A DNA stretch of 64,000 bases from Candidatus Ozemobacteraceae bacterium (lineage in GTDB: Bacteria > Muiribacteriota > Ozemobacteria > Ozemobacterales > Ozemobacteraceae). The notes beneath the pieces were generated by a model, which had not been told where the DNA came from, ran no database searches, and saw only the letters and a list, made by a program, of their open reading frames with translations. The stretch's first letter is position 1. Every line of letters starts with the position of its first letter. This document shows positions 8,862 through 17,013 of the stretch, piece after piece. Position numbers and translations under genes: made by a program. The stretch is from assembly GCA_965140445.1 (NCBI GenBank), contig OZ223236.1, forward strand, positions 640,001 through 704,000. The letters are read 5' to 3'.

Positions 8862-9081
8862 TTTCACGCTAGCACCAAAAACAAAAATTTAATCATACCT
8901 TAAAAAAACAAACACCTTCGGGATTCGGTTAACACTTGAATCCCGGAGGTGTTTGCTTTTAGCTGGAAAGCCTGGTTTGGAATTGATTGGGAAAATGTCT
9001 TATTATAGTTTTGCAAATTTTTTGCAGTTAAACGCTAATACCAGGATTATTTATCCAAAAAAACAGATAAAGAGAGAACAG

Positions 9082-9744
9082 ATGAATACAATTCGCAAGA
9101 TTTCTGAGTTATTAAAGAATCAAGGAAAGAACTTTCCTATGATTGTTGCAATTGATGGAGTTGACGCTTCAGGAAAAACAACCTTTGCTAACCTTCTTCA
9201 TGAAGATCTTCTTAAGAGCGGCTGTAATTCTGTTCGAATTTCAATAGACAAGTTTCATAACCCAAAATCGAAAAGGATGGAAAGAGGGGCTTTGTCTCCA
9301 GAAGGCTTTTTCCATGACAGTTTTGACTTAGAAAGCTTAAAACAATTGGTAATTCAACCTGTTAAAGCTAAAAGTGGGAATATTGTTCCAGAAATTTTTG
9401 ATTATAGAGTAGAAGAAAAGGTTCAAGCAAAAGAGATTCCAGTCCAGGATGATATGATTGTTTTATTGGATGGAATTTTTCTAAATAGGGATGAACTTTT
9501 TGAATATTGGGATGTTTCAATTTTTCTGGACGTTTCTTTTGAAACAGTTGTTACGAGAGCTTTAGTTAGAGACCTGAATGCATTTGGCTCCGAAGAAGAA
9601 GTTTTGAAAAGATATAATCAGAGATATATTCCTGGAGAAAAACTATATTTATCACAATGCCAACCGCAAAAACGTGCTGATATAGTTATTGATAACAATG
9701 ACTGGAGCTTTCGGAAAATTTTAAAATTTCCACAAGAAATCTGA
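9082..9744 (+). CDS. Uridine kinase-like P-loop NTPase
   Basis: IVAIDGVDASGKTT Walker A, ISIDKFH and LLDGIFL; ATG 9082 chosen because the longer ORF starts inside the terminator. Confidence 0.85.
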   Translation: MNTIRKISELLKNQGKNFPMIVAIDGVDASGKTTFANLLHEDLLKSGCNSVRISIDKFHNPKSKRMERGALSPEGFFHDSFDLESLKQLVIQPVKAKSGNIVPEIFDYRVEEKVQAKEIPVQDDMIVLLDGIFLNRDELFEYWDVSIFLDVSFETVVTRALVRDLNAFGSEEEVLKRYNQRYIPGEKLYLSQCQPQKRADIVIDNNDWSFRKILKFPQEI

Positions 9745-9843
9745 AAAATTATCTAGGCTCAAAAATGCAAAATTGATAAAAGAATCAATGATTGATATTG
9801 ATTAGCTAATAATCTGTTTGAAACCTTTTTGCGGAGAACTTTG

Positions 9844-10248
9844 CTATTGGTTCACAATTTCAATTCTGTGTCCGTCAAGATCCCAGAAGAAAGCAGCGTA
9901 ATAGGTTGGACTATATTCTGGCCACTGTTTGGGAGCAAATTGGCTTTTCCCACCAAGTGAAATAGCTGCTTTATATGATTGATCAACTGAAGCTTGACTG
10001 GGGCCATTGAAGGCAAGATGAAAGCCAGGGCCAGCTGCAAGTTTATCGTTGGTTTCTGATTCTAAAAAAATGGAAAATTGGTCATTGGAGCCTTCGAAGC
10101 CATAACCGATACCCAGCTTTGATGACCAGATCCGAACGTAGTTAAGAGGCTTAAACACAGCATCGTAAAAACTTCCAGCAGTCTCAAGGTTTTTAACGCC
10201 CAGTGAAATATGGCTAACCATTCTCTGATTCAAAACCTTCTTGTTCAT
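9844..10248 (-). CDS. VOC (glyoxalase/bleomycin resistance) family protein
   Basis: SHISLGV, GFHLAF and YYAAFFWDLDGHRIE motifs; GGAG SD before ATG 10248. Confidence 0.9.
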   Translation of the reverse strand: MNKKVLNQRMVSHISLGVKNLETAGSFYDAVFKPLNYVRIWSSKLGIGYGFEGSNDQFSIFLESETNDKLAAGPGFHLAFNGPSQASVDQSYKAAISLGGKSQFAPKQWPEYSPTYYAAFFWDLDGHRIEIVNQ

Positions 10249-10504
10249 TTTTATTCTCCGCTCAGATTTCTTGTATTCAAATATATGTCGAAAAATCATC
10301 TTTGTAAAAGTTTGAAGCTTTTTGTGTGGAATCTCAAGGTAATTGATTACTTGCTATGAATCTGGAAGATGATTAAGTGTACCCTTTTTGACAACTTTTT
10401 AGCATGAAATTGCCAGAAATTCAGCATTGCTGAATTTTATATTTCTATGACGACCTTTACTTAACTTTAGAATTGATGAGGGTTTGACGTTATAAATTTT
10501 AAGT

Positions 10505-10520
10505 TGGCATGCAAGTTGCT
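10505..10520 (+). promoter_or_regulatory. Sigma54 promoter, copy 3
   Basis: TGGCATG-CAAG-TTGCT, with TGT-N10-ACA at 10378-10393. Confidence 0.85.
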
Positions 10521-10581
10521 TTATATGGCGCATCACGAAATAAGTAATAAGTTTTAATAAGATAATCGGAGGTCGTTTGTT

Positions 10582-10989
10582 ATGAGTAAAGGTATCATCA
10601 CTTCATTAGTATTGGCAGTTTCTCTTCTTCTTACCCCTGTAGCTTTCGCTGGTAATCCAAACCAGAGTGGTCAGTCTTCACAGTCCTCACAGGCAAGTCA
10701 GGCTGGACATGGTAAGAAAAAATGCTTCTTCAAGAAAATCAAAAAAGCAGTTAAAAAGACTGTTAAGAAAACCGTTAAAAAAGTTAAGAAAACAGCTAAA
10801 AAAGTAAAAAAAGCCACTGTAAAAACTTGTGACAAAATCCAGAACAAAGTAATGGATACTGGCGTTGCAGCTAAAAAGAAAATCACTGGCAAAAAATGCA
10901 AAACTTTCGTAAAAGGCCATTACACTAAAAAAGGCACTCACGTAAAAGGTCATTTCAGAAAAGTATCAAAAGGTTGCTGCAAAAGATAA
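10582..10989 (+). CDS. Secreted Lys-rich small protein, copy 3
   Basis: Protein identical to copy 2 (2 synonymous differences). Confidence 0.9.
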   Translation: MSKGIITSLVLAVSLLLTPVAFAGNPNQSGQSSQSSQASQAGHGKKKCFFKKIKKAVKKTVKKTVKKVKKTAKKVKKATVKTCDKIQNKVMDTGVAAKKKITGKKCKTFVKGHYTKKGTHVKGHFRKVSKGCCKR

Positions 10990-11324
10990 TTTCACGCTAG
11001 CACCAAAAACAAAAATTTAATCATACCTTAAAAAAACAAACACCCCCTGTGGGTTCGGGTAATACCTGAATCCGGGGGGTGTCTGCTTTTAGCTCGCCGC
11101 TTTTAATTGTTTTTAGCAGATTAAAGCTTTTTTGCGACTAATTGGGTTTTTCATTTTGAGACTTTAGAAGTATTAGTAAGCTTACAGATATGCATCCATT
11201 TGAGTTCTATCTTTGCAAAGGCTTTCTATCAGGGACTTAATGGATAAATTGAGTTTCAACTTGAATGAAAAAAGCTAGCACGTCATAGTACTGGCTTTAA
11301 GCATGCTTAATGGATTATTGAGGA

Positions 11325-12470
11325 CTATTTAACTCTGTATTGAGTTAATGCAAAGTTAAAGTATATAACAGCTGCACCCACCACAACATAAACCAGACCT
11401 TCGCTGCCGTGGAAGTCCATAGCAAAGCCAATCAAAAGAATTCCAAGAGAACCACCTATGGCGTCCATAAGAGTATATGCAATGTTGGCTGATATCTGAT
11501 CCTCTTTTCGGAAGATTTCTCCAATGAGCGTTAACCCCCCGGAGCTGACGCCTTCCATTACCCCGCCCCATATAAAGAGAAGTATATATGCTGAAGTGAC
11601 GTCGACAATAGCCATTGGTAGGAAAATTGAGCACAAAAGCCCAATAAAAAAGCTATAAAGAATAACCAGATTTCTTGGATACCGGTCAGAAAAGTAACCA
11701 ATTACCAGGCCCAGGATTAGTCCGCCCATCATAAACATTGTGATTAAAAGAGAAGACTGCTGAACAGTTAAACCACTGTCCTTGCCGTATAGAGTTAAAA
11801 ATGAAGGAAGACCCCAAAATGAGATTCCACCGACAAGGGCACTGAACATAACATATTTACCCTTTTTTAACACAAACCATATTCTTGGTTTTCCGCCTGA
11901 GTCAAAATGGGGGATTGTTTTCTTTACGAAAAACAGGGGAATCAATGATACCAAGGCAATTATCGAACTGGCGGTGAAGGCCACGGAGCGAACTTCCCCA
12001 ATATATTGGAAAATAATCGGGCCAAATGCTACACCAATTGATAGTGAAGCACTGTAAATGCCTATAACAAAGCCCTTCATACCAGGAATCTTTGTAAAGT
12101 TTATCCAGGTTTGCAAGGCGATGGCCATAATGTTGGAGAATAGGCCGAATACAAATAGCAGGACCAGCCATGCCCATTGATTGTCTGTGTGGATAAGGGC
12201 TATTAATACGGCTGCACGGCCAACGGTACCTATTATACTTGCCCAGAAGATGCCAATGGCGTTTATAAAGCGAATCATGAACGGGCTGAAACAAACCACT
12301 GAAAAAATTTCAGCAGATAGGATAAATCCAATTAAGCTTTTGCTCAAACCAAAACTCTCAAGGGTAACTGGAAACAATACAGAGTTAAACCCGGAGCAGA
12401 TTTCAGCTATAGCCGCTGCCGCTATAACAATGAATATTCTATATGGAACTTTGTCTTTTTGTTCAGACAT
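11325..12470 (-). CDS. MFS transporter (YcaD-like)
   Basis: About 12 TM segments and a GYFSDRYPR motif; likely start MSEQK immediately after the upstream stop. Confidence 0.85.
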   Translation of the reverse strand: MSEQKDKVPYRIFIVIAAAAIAEICSGFNSVLFPVTLESFGLSKSLIGFILSAEIFSVVCFSPFMIRFINAIGIFWASIIGTVGRAAVLIALIHTDNQWAWLVLLFVFGLFSNIMAIALQTWINFTKIPGMKGFVIGIYSASLSIGVAFGPIIFQYIGEVRSVAFTASSIIALVSLIPLFFVKKTIPHFDSGGKPRIWFVLKKGKYVMFSALVGGISFWGLPSFLTLYGKDSGLTVQQSSLLITMFMMGGLILGLVIGYFSDRYPRNLVILYSFFIGLLCSIFLPMAIVDVTSAYILLFIWGGVMEGVSSGGLTLIGEIFRKEDQISANIAYTLMDAIGGSLGILLIGFAMDFHGSEGLVYVVVGAAVIYFNFALTQYRVK

Positions 12471-12471
12471 T

Positions 12472-13992
12472 TTATTGGTTTTCTTTATCTTCTGAATCTT
12501 CTTCAGAATCTTCTTCTTCAAGGTATTTGGGAAGAACCGCGTCGAAATTTACAACGAAACTTTGATTTTCTAAAGATACTCTGAATTCGCCTGTCAAAAG
12601 GTAAATTAACTCTCTTGAAATTGGAAGTTTCATGGCTTGAAGGAATTCTTTTACGTCAAACTTATCTGGTGAAAGTAAGTCTGTAGAAACATTTTCAAGA
12701 GACTTCAAGAACTCAGTGTCTTTTTCAGTGTAAGGAATTGAAAAGGTATTTGAGATTTGAAGTTCTTCAATACTTTCACTGGTGAGAGTTATTTTAAGAT
12801 TTGGTGGATCATTGAAGTATTTTAAATAAAAGGCTGAAAGTAGATACAGTATGTGAGAGTATTTTTTAGAGTCCCCAAAAGCTTTTTTCGGAATTTCCGG
12901 ATCAAAGTATAGATCTATTTTTTCGAATTCAAGCCCATCGCTTTCTAACATCCCTTTTGTTTCTTTGATCATCTCAGAAAACTCAAAGTTTTCTGGCTTT
13001 ATGGATACCTCACCTGATTTAAGTTCGCCGACCTGCAATAACCTTGTAGAGTATTTTTCAAGGATTGCCAATTGCTCTTCCAGTAATTCATTTTGTTTTT
13101 CTGGAGTATCTTGCTTAGTCGCATCATGAATGGATTCATTAATTTTTAAATTAATTTTTCCAGCCTTAATCATGAAATTACCGATTAACTTTGAACTTTT
13201 TATAGCAAACTCTGAAGACTCCTCAAATTTTCTAAAAATCTCAAAACGGCTTTTATTAAGTTGAACTGCAAATCGTCTCGTGAACCAGATCAGGGTTCCC
13301 ATTAACAGGGCCAGCATTGTAGCAACAAAGAAAGCTCTTTTGGTTGCATCTCGCATTGGCTCGAGGCGGGCCATCATCTCATCAATTCTCAAATCAGCGC
13401 CCAAAGCTCCGACACATTTTCCAGACGAATCGAATAAAGGAACATAGGCACTGTAAAAAGTTCCCCACTTATCTGTGTAGTAATCCTGAGCAACTACTGC
13501 AACCTTTTCTTTTAGAGCTTTAACCAGCTCCGGGCTTGCGCCGGGATATTCCTTCATCGGAATTGAGGGCTCAAGATTCATTTCGTCTGTATATAAAGGG
13601 GTGCCACTGGCGTCTATTGGTGTTGGATCTACTATAAAATAAATTTTGTCGCCAACCATTCTATTCACATAAAGGTAGGTACAATGTTTAGTTGCAAGTC
13701 TTGCCTTTTGTAGCTTTTTAACCATTGCCAGATAATTTTCGTCATTTGCTTGCTCTGGCGAGGTAAAACTCCCTATCTGATCTGCGTCAATGCAAGACGC
13801 AATGCCAGAAACAGTCCTTAGCAATCCATCTTTTATTTCATATTGGATTCCCTTTAAGGCATGAAAATAAATAAAATATGCTGTAATTGTGGTTAAAAAT
13901 AACGCTACCGAGGCTAATACAAGCCCTTCTGCAACCGGGTAAATCAGGTAACTCTCAACGTTTTCTATTTGTTTTTTGTTTATTGAATACAT
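12472..13992 (-). CDS. Membrane sensor (2 TM plus Cache-like domain) with degenerate histidine-kinase core
   Basis: YTDKWGTFYSAYVPL..GALGAD Cache motif; PEIPKKAFGD..YSHILY and LPISRELIYLLTGEFRV resemble HATPase_c without its catalytic boxes. Confidence 0.7.
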   Translation of the reverse strand: MYSINKKQIENVESYLIYPVAEGLVLASVALFLTTITAYFIYFHALKGIQYEIKDGLLRTVSGIASCIDADQIGSFTSPEQANDENYLAMVKKLQKARLATKHCTYLYVNRMVGDKIYFIVDPTPIDASGTPLYTDEMNLEPSIPMKEYPGASPELVKALKEKVAVVAQDYYTDKWGTFYSAYVPLFDSSGKCVGALGADLRIDEMMARLEPMRDATKRAFFVATMLALLMGTLIWFTRRFAVQLNKSRFEIFRKFEESSEFAIKSSKLIGNFMIKAGKINLKINESIHDATKQDTPEKQNELLEEQLAILEKYSTRLLQVGELKSGEVSIKPENFEFSEMIKETKGMLESDGLEFEKIDLYFDPEIPKKAFGDSKKYSHILYLLSAFYLKYFNDPPNLKITLTSESIEELQISNTFSIPYTEKDTEFLKSLENVSTDLLSPDKFDVKEFLQAMKLPISRELIYLLTGEFRVSLENQSFVVNFDAVLPKYLEEEDSEEDSEDKENQ

Positions 13993-14204
13993 AAAGACCT
14001 TTGCTGATTAGCTTAAATCCTTTCTAATGGCTAACTATAACAAAGGGAACTCAAGCAAACCTAATGAGAAGTGTTTGCACAAAACAGTTTTCAACTATTT
14101 TGTTGAGCTTATGAAAATTTTAGATTCTCTCGCGTCCCTCTACCGAAATTATTATACCTCATCTTTTTTCAATCTGCTCTGTTTTTGATTTTAAAAACTA
14201 TTAA

Positions 14205-15446
14205 TTACCGCGCTACTGATTTTTCACTATTGGTTAATATTCCAAGCAGTTTTACATAGATTAAATACAGCAAAAATGTGGATTGAAAAAGAAAGCCAAA
14301 GTAAACGTATGGATTTTTGTTTCCAAAGACTAAAAGCATGGCTATATTCTGGGAAATCAGCGAATAAAAAAGCACTATATTTATCGCAGTCCAGGATTTG
14401 GCCGAAAACTCCTGCTTATGCTTGATTAGTTCAGCAATCAAAACCACTGCACAGAAAGGCAAAAAGCAGAAATAATGAGGCCAGGATGTATTTATGAGGA
14501 AGGGTAAAACCGTAAATATTGCGCTAAATCTAAGAATGTCAGTCTTTTGAGTATCTGAACCTGCTTGCATCAACTGCTTGAGAAGATAAAGAACGAATAG
14601 CATTCCAAAAATGCTTAGCAACCCCCTGTTTGCTCCCGAATGCTCCATTCCAAGTGTTCTCATAATTAAATGCGGAAAATATTGGGAGTTTGGATCGCTA
14701 ACAACCCAGTCAAGAGCATATTCCATCTCTTTTGCCGTCTCAGAATAAAAATTTATAGTGTTGTCGTAACCAATGTAGTAGGCAGGAACTGCCAGGCTTA
14801 AAAACAGAGCTATCAGAACAAATCTTCCAATATATGAAAAGTCTTTTTTCAATAGAAAGAAAAGCAAAAAGAAGCCTGGATAAAATTTTATACTTGTTGC
14901 TATCGCTAAACTAGCTGCAGAAAACCATTTATGGCCGCGTATATATAAAAACAAGCTAATAAGCGTCAAAAATGTAAGTAAAATGCTGACCTGACCCCAT
15001 TTTAGATTGTGGAAAACAGCATAGGAGGTCATAGAAGAAAACAAGTAAAAGAAGTAAAGCTTCTTATTTTTGTATTCAGTTGCAAGGAAAATTCCCGGAA
15101 TAAAGAAAAGCATTAATGCAAAAAAGCTTTGAAATGCACCCCAGAGGATTTTTCCCTCTTCCATGCTGTATTGCCCGAATAGATGCAGGAATATCGCAAA
15201 ACCAGGGCTATAGAAATACCCGCCAAGCGGTTTTTTTACTTGAAATATTAGTTTGCCGACCGGGTAATAATGCTCGTGAAAGTCTCCAAATTCAGGAGTT
15301 GGATGATCTGTAAAAGCAATCAGGGATTTTATCCCACCATGGTGAAGCATTGATAGGCCTATCAAGCCTAAAACAAGCAGAATTGTTAGCCCGAGATCTT
15401 TAATCCCCCAGCGAATTTTTGTGAAATTTTCCGAGTCTGACATCAA
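14205..15446 (-). CDS. GT87 / DUF2029 polytopic glycosyltransferase
   Basis: GDF..YY, YFYSP, NLKWGQV, SIKFYP and SWPHY motifs; many TM segments. Confidence 0.8.
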   Translation of the reverse strand: MMSDSENFTKIRWGIKDLGLTILLVLGLIGLSMLHHGGIKSLIAFTDHPTPEFGDFHEHYYPVGKLIFQVKKPLGGYFYSPGFAIFLHLFGQYSMEEGKILWGAFQSFFALMLFFIPGIFLATEYKNKKLYFFYLFSSMTSYAVFHNLKWGQVSILLTFLTLISLFLYIRGHKWFSAASLAIATSIKFYPGFFLLFFLLKKDFSYIGRFVLIALFLSLAVPAYYIGYDNTINFYSETAKEMEYALDWVVSDPNSQYFPHLIMRTLGMEHSGANRGLLSIFGMLFVLYLLKQLMQAGSDTQKTDILRFSAIFTVLPFLINTSWPHYFCFLPFCAVVLIAELIKHKQEFSAKSWTAINIVLFYSLISQNIAMLLVFGNKNPYVYFGFLFQSTFLLYLIYVKLLGILTNSEKSVAR

Positions 15447-15528
15447 AATTTCCTTTTAAAAATAAAGTGGCCTGAATGAGATTATCATCATTCAGACCAC
15501 TAAACTAAGTCAACATTCAAATGCTTGA

Positions 15529-15972
15529 TTATTTAATTGCCTCAAGATTCATTTTATCCAGAAAGCCTATTATCATATCCTTAGTCACCTCGTTGTCAGA
15601 CATCATTGAATAACTAAATACTAAAACCAGGCTTCTTGAGGGTGATAGCAAAACCATTATTGCTCCAGAAATTTCATCCATGGGCTGGAAATAAAAAGCT
15701 TTTTTGCCCTTGTATTCAAAGGCAACTGCATCTGGATAACCAGGTTCTTTATCGCCTGAAACCGTAAACTGAAAGCCTTCCTGATTTTCATTAAAATATG
15801 CCAGAAACAGTGAGCCATCTTCGGCACTTTTGTTTGTGTTAGGGTATTTACCGGCAACAACCTTGTTGGCCTCTGTTTCCAACAGATCAATTGGAGCTGC
15901 TGAAACCATTGTCAGAGTACAAAATGAAAAAACAACCAATGTTGTAAGTAAAATGAGTTTATTTAGTTGCAT
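15529..15972 (-). CDS. Secreted hypothetical protein
   Basis: GGAGG SD, signal peptide, and a downstream hairpin at about 15466-15500. Confidence 0.7.
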   Translation of the reverse strand: MQLNKLILLTTLVVFSFCTLTMVSAAPIDLLETEANKVVAGKYPNTNKSAEDGSLFLAYFNENQEGFQFTVSGDKEPGYPDAVAFEYKGKKAFYFQPMDEISGAIMVLLSPSRSLVLVFSYSMMSDNEVTKDMIIGFLDKMNLEAIK

Positions 15973-16120
15973 AAATCCTCCAGAAATTTTGTTTCGAAAT
16001 CATAGGGGGGCAAATTATTTTTGTCAATTCCAGAAAAAAATTTTTCTAAACGGGTTTTGCCCAGTATCTTTTGTGGGAATATTTATGCTTTAATCCGTGG
16101 CTCGAAGTAAGTTTTCAGTT

Positions 16121-16136
16121 AGGCATGCATGTTGCT
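16121..16136 (+). promoter_or_regulatory. Putative sigma54 promoter for the NfeD/flotillin operon
   Basis: AGGCATG-CATG-TTGCT (GG-N10-GC) about 100 bp before the start codon. Confidence 0.55.
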
Positions 16137-16239
16137 TATATATTGTGAAATGAAAATACATTTGAAATCTGTTATACATTCTCAATAACCTGATGTAAAA
16201 TAAGTTTTGAGTTTGAGCAGGACAGAGGAGGAAAGAAAG

Positions 16240-17013
16240 TTGACTGAATTTTTGCAATCTCTAACATTTCTTGAACAATTCTTTCTAACCTGCGCATTGA
16301 GCGGTAGCGTAATCTTTACCATTAGAACAGTGATGATGTTTATTGGATTGGCCGGAGATCATGGTGACGGTGACTTGCATGACGCTTCAGGACACCACGA
16401 TCAAATTGACTTTCATGGCGGCCATGATGCATCAGCGATTGACCATCACGGAGACTTATCGTTGGACCATTCCGGTGACTTTCATGACGGTCATGGCGAC
16501 ATAGCTGACACCCATTCTGGTGAAATAGTTGCCGGCAGTGCTGACCAACACCATGATATGCAAGATTCTGATGTGAGTTTTAAATTTGTTTCACTTCAGG
16601 GTTTAACGGCATTTTTTATGATGTTTGGCTGGGTTGGCCTTGCTTTAACAAGAGATAGCGGACTTCCTGGATTTGTTGCCATTTTTGGTGGCCTGGTAGC
16701 AGGATTTTTTACCGTTTACATTCTTGGCATGATGTTTAAGTTTGCTATGAAGCTTCAATCAGACGGAACTATGCGAATAAGAACTGCTCTGGGCTCTGGA
16801 GGATCAGTATATCTTAGAATTCCAGCGCAAAATGGAACCGGTCAGGTTCAGGTTGAAGTTGATGGCAGATTAAAGGTTTTTGACGCTGTTTCAGCAACAA
16901 AGGAAGAAATAAAAACAGGAGAACAGATTACCGTTGTGTGGGTACAAGACAACGGAGTCTTAGTCGTAGAAAAGGACGAACGCGGAGAAGGAGGAAAATT
17001 ATGTGGCCAATAG
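16240..17013 (+). CDS. NfeD-C/YuaF-like membrane protein with His/Asp-rich loop
   Basis: GAGGAGG SD and TTG start; TM helices plus C-terminal OB fold (GSVYLRIP..GQVQV); lies upstream of flotillin. Confidence 0.85.
   Translation: MTEFLQSLTFLEQFFLTCALSGSVIFTIRTVMMFIGLAGDHGDGDLHDASGHHDQIDFHGGHDASAIDHHGDLSLDHSGDFHDGHGDIADTHSGEIVAGSADQHHDMQDSDVSFKFVSLQGLTAFFMMFGWVGLALTRDSGLPGFVAIFGGLVAGFFTVYILGMMFKFAMKLQSDGTMRIRTALGSGGSVYLRIPAQNGTGQVQVEVDGRLKVFDAVSATKEEIKTGEQITVVWVQDNGVLVVEKDERGEGGKLCGQ

Larger units (their letters stand above)
8249..8963 (+). repeat. Direct repeat unit copy 2 (715 bp)
   Basis: Same boundaries and layout as copy 1; terminator hairpin 8909-8955 is identical to that of copy 1. Confidence 0.95.
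10377..11093 (+). repeat. Direct repeat unit copy 3 (717 bp)
   Basis: Same layout as copies 1 and 2; terminator 11037-11085 differs in sequence but still base-pairs. Confidence 0.95.

Noticed and set aside
8953..9081. N-terminal extensions in the ORF track (also 16938, 21319, 23269, 37836, 39183, 46909)
   Set aside because: They start in terminators or upstream genes; downstream starts have better SD or signal-peptide context.
2736..11093. Repeat unit as an IS, MITE or CRISPR
   Set aside because: No transposase, terminal inverted repeats or target-site duplications are visible, and there is no short repeat-spacer periodicity.
13993..14160. Lysine riboswitch-like start (ggtagaggg..gcg) upstream of the pseudo-kinase
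   Set aside because: The downstream conserved elements of the lysine riboswitch are not recognisable; an Infernal search would be needed.
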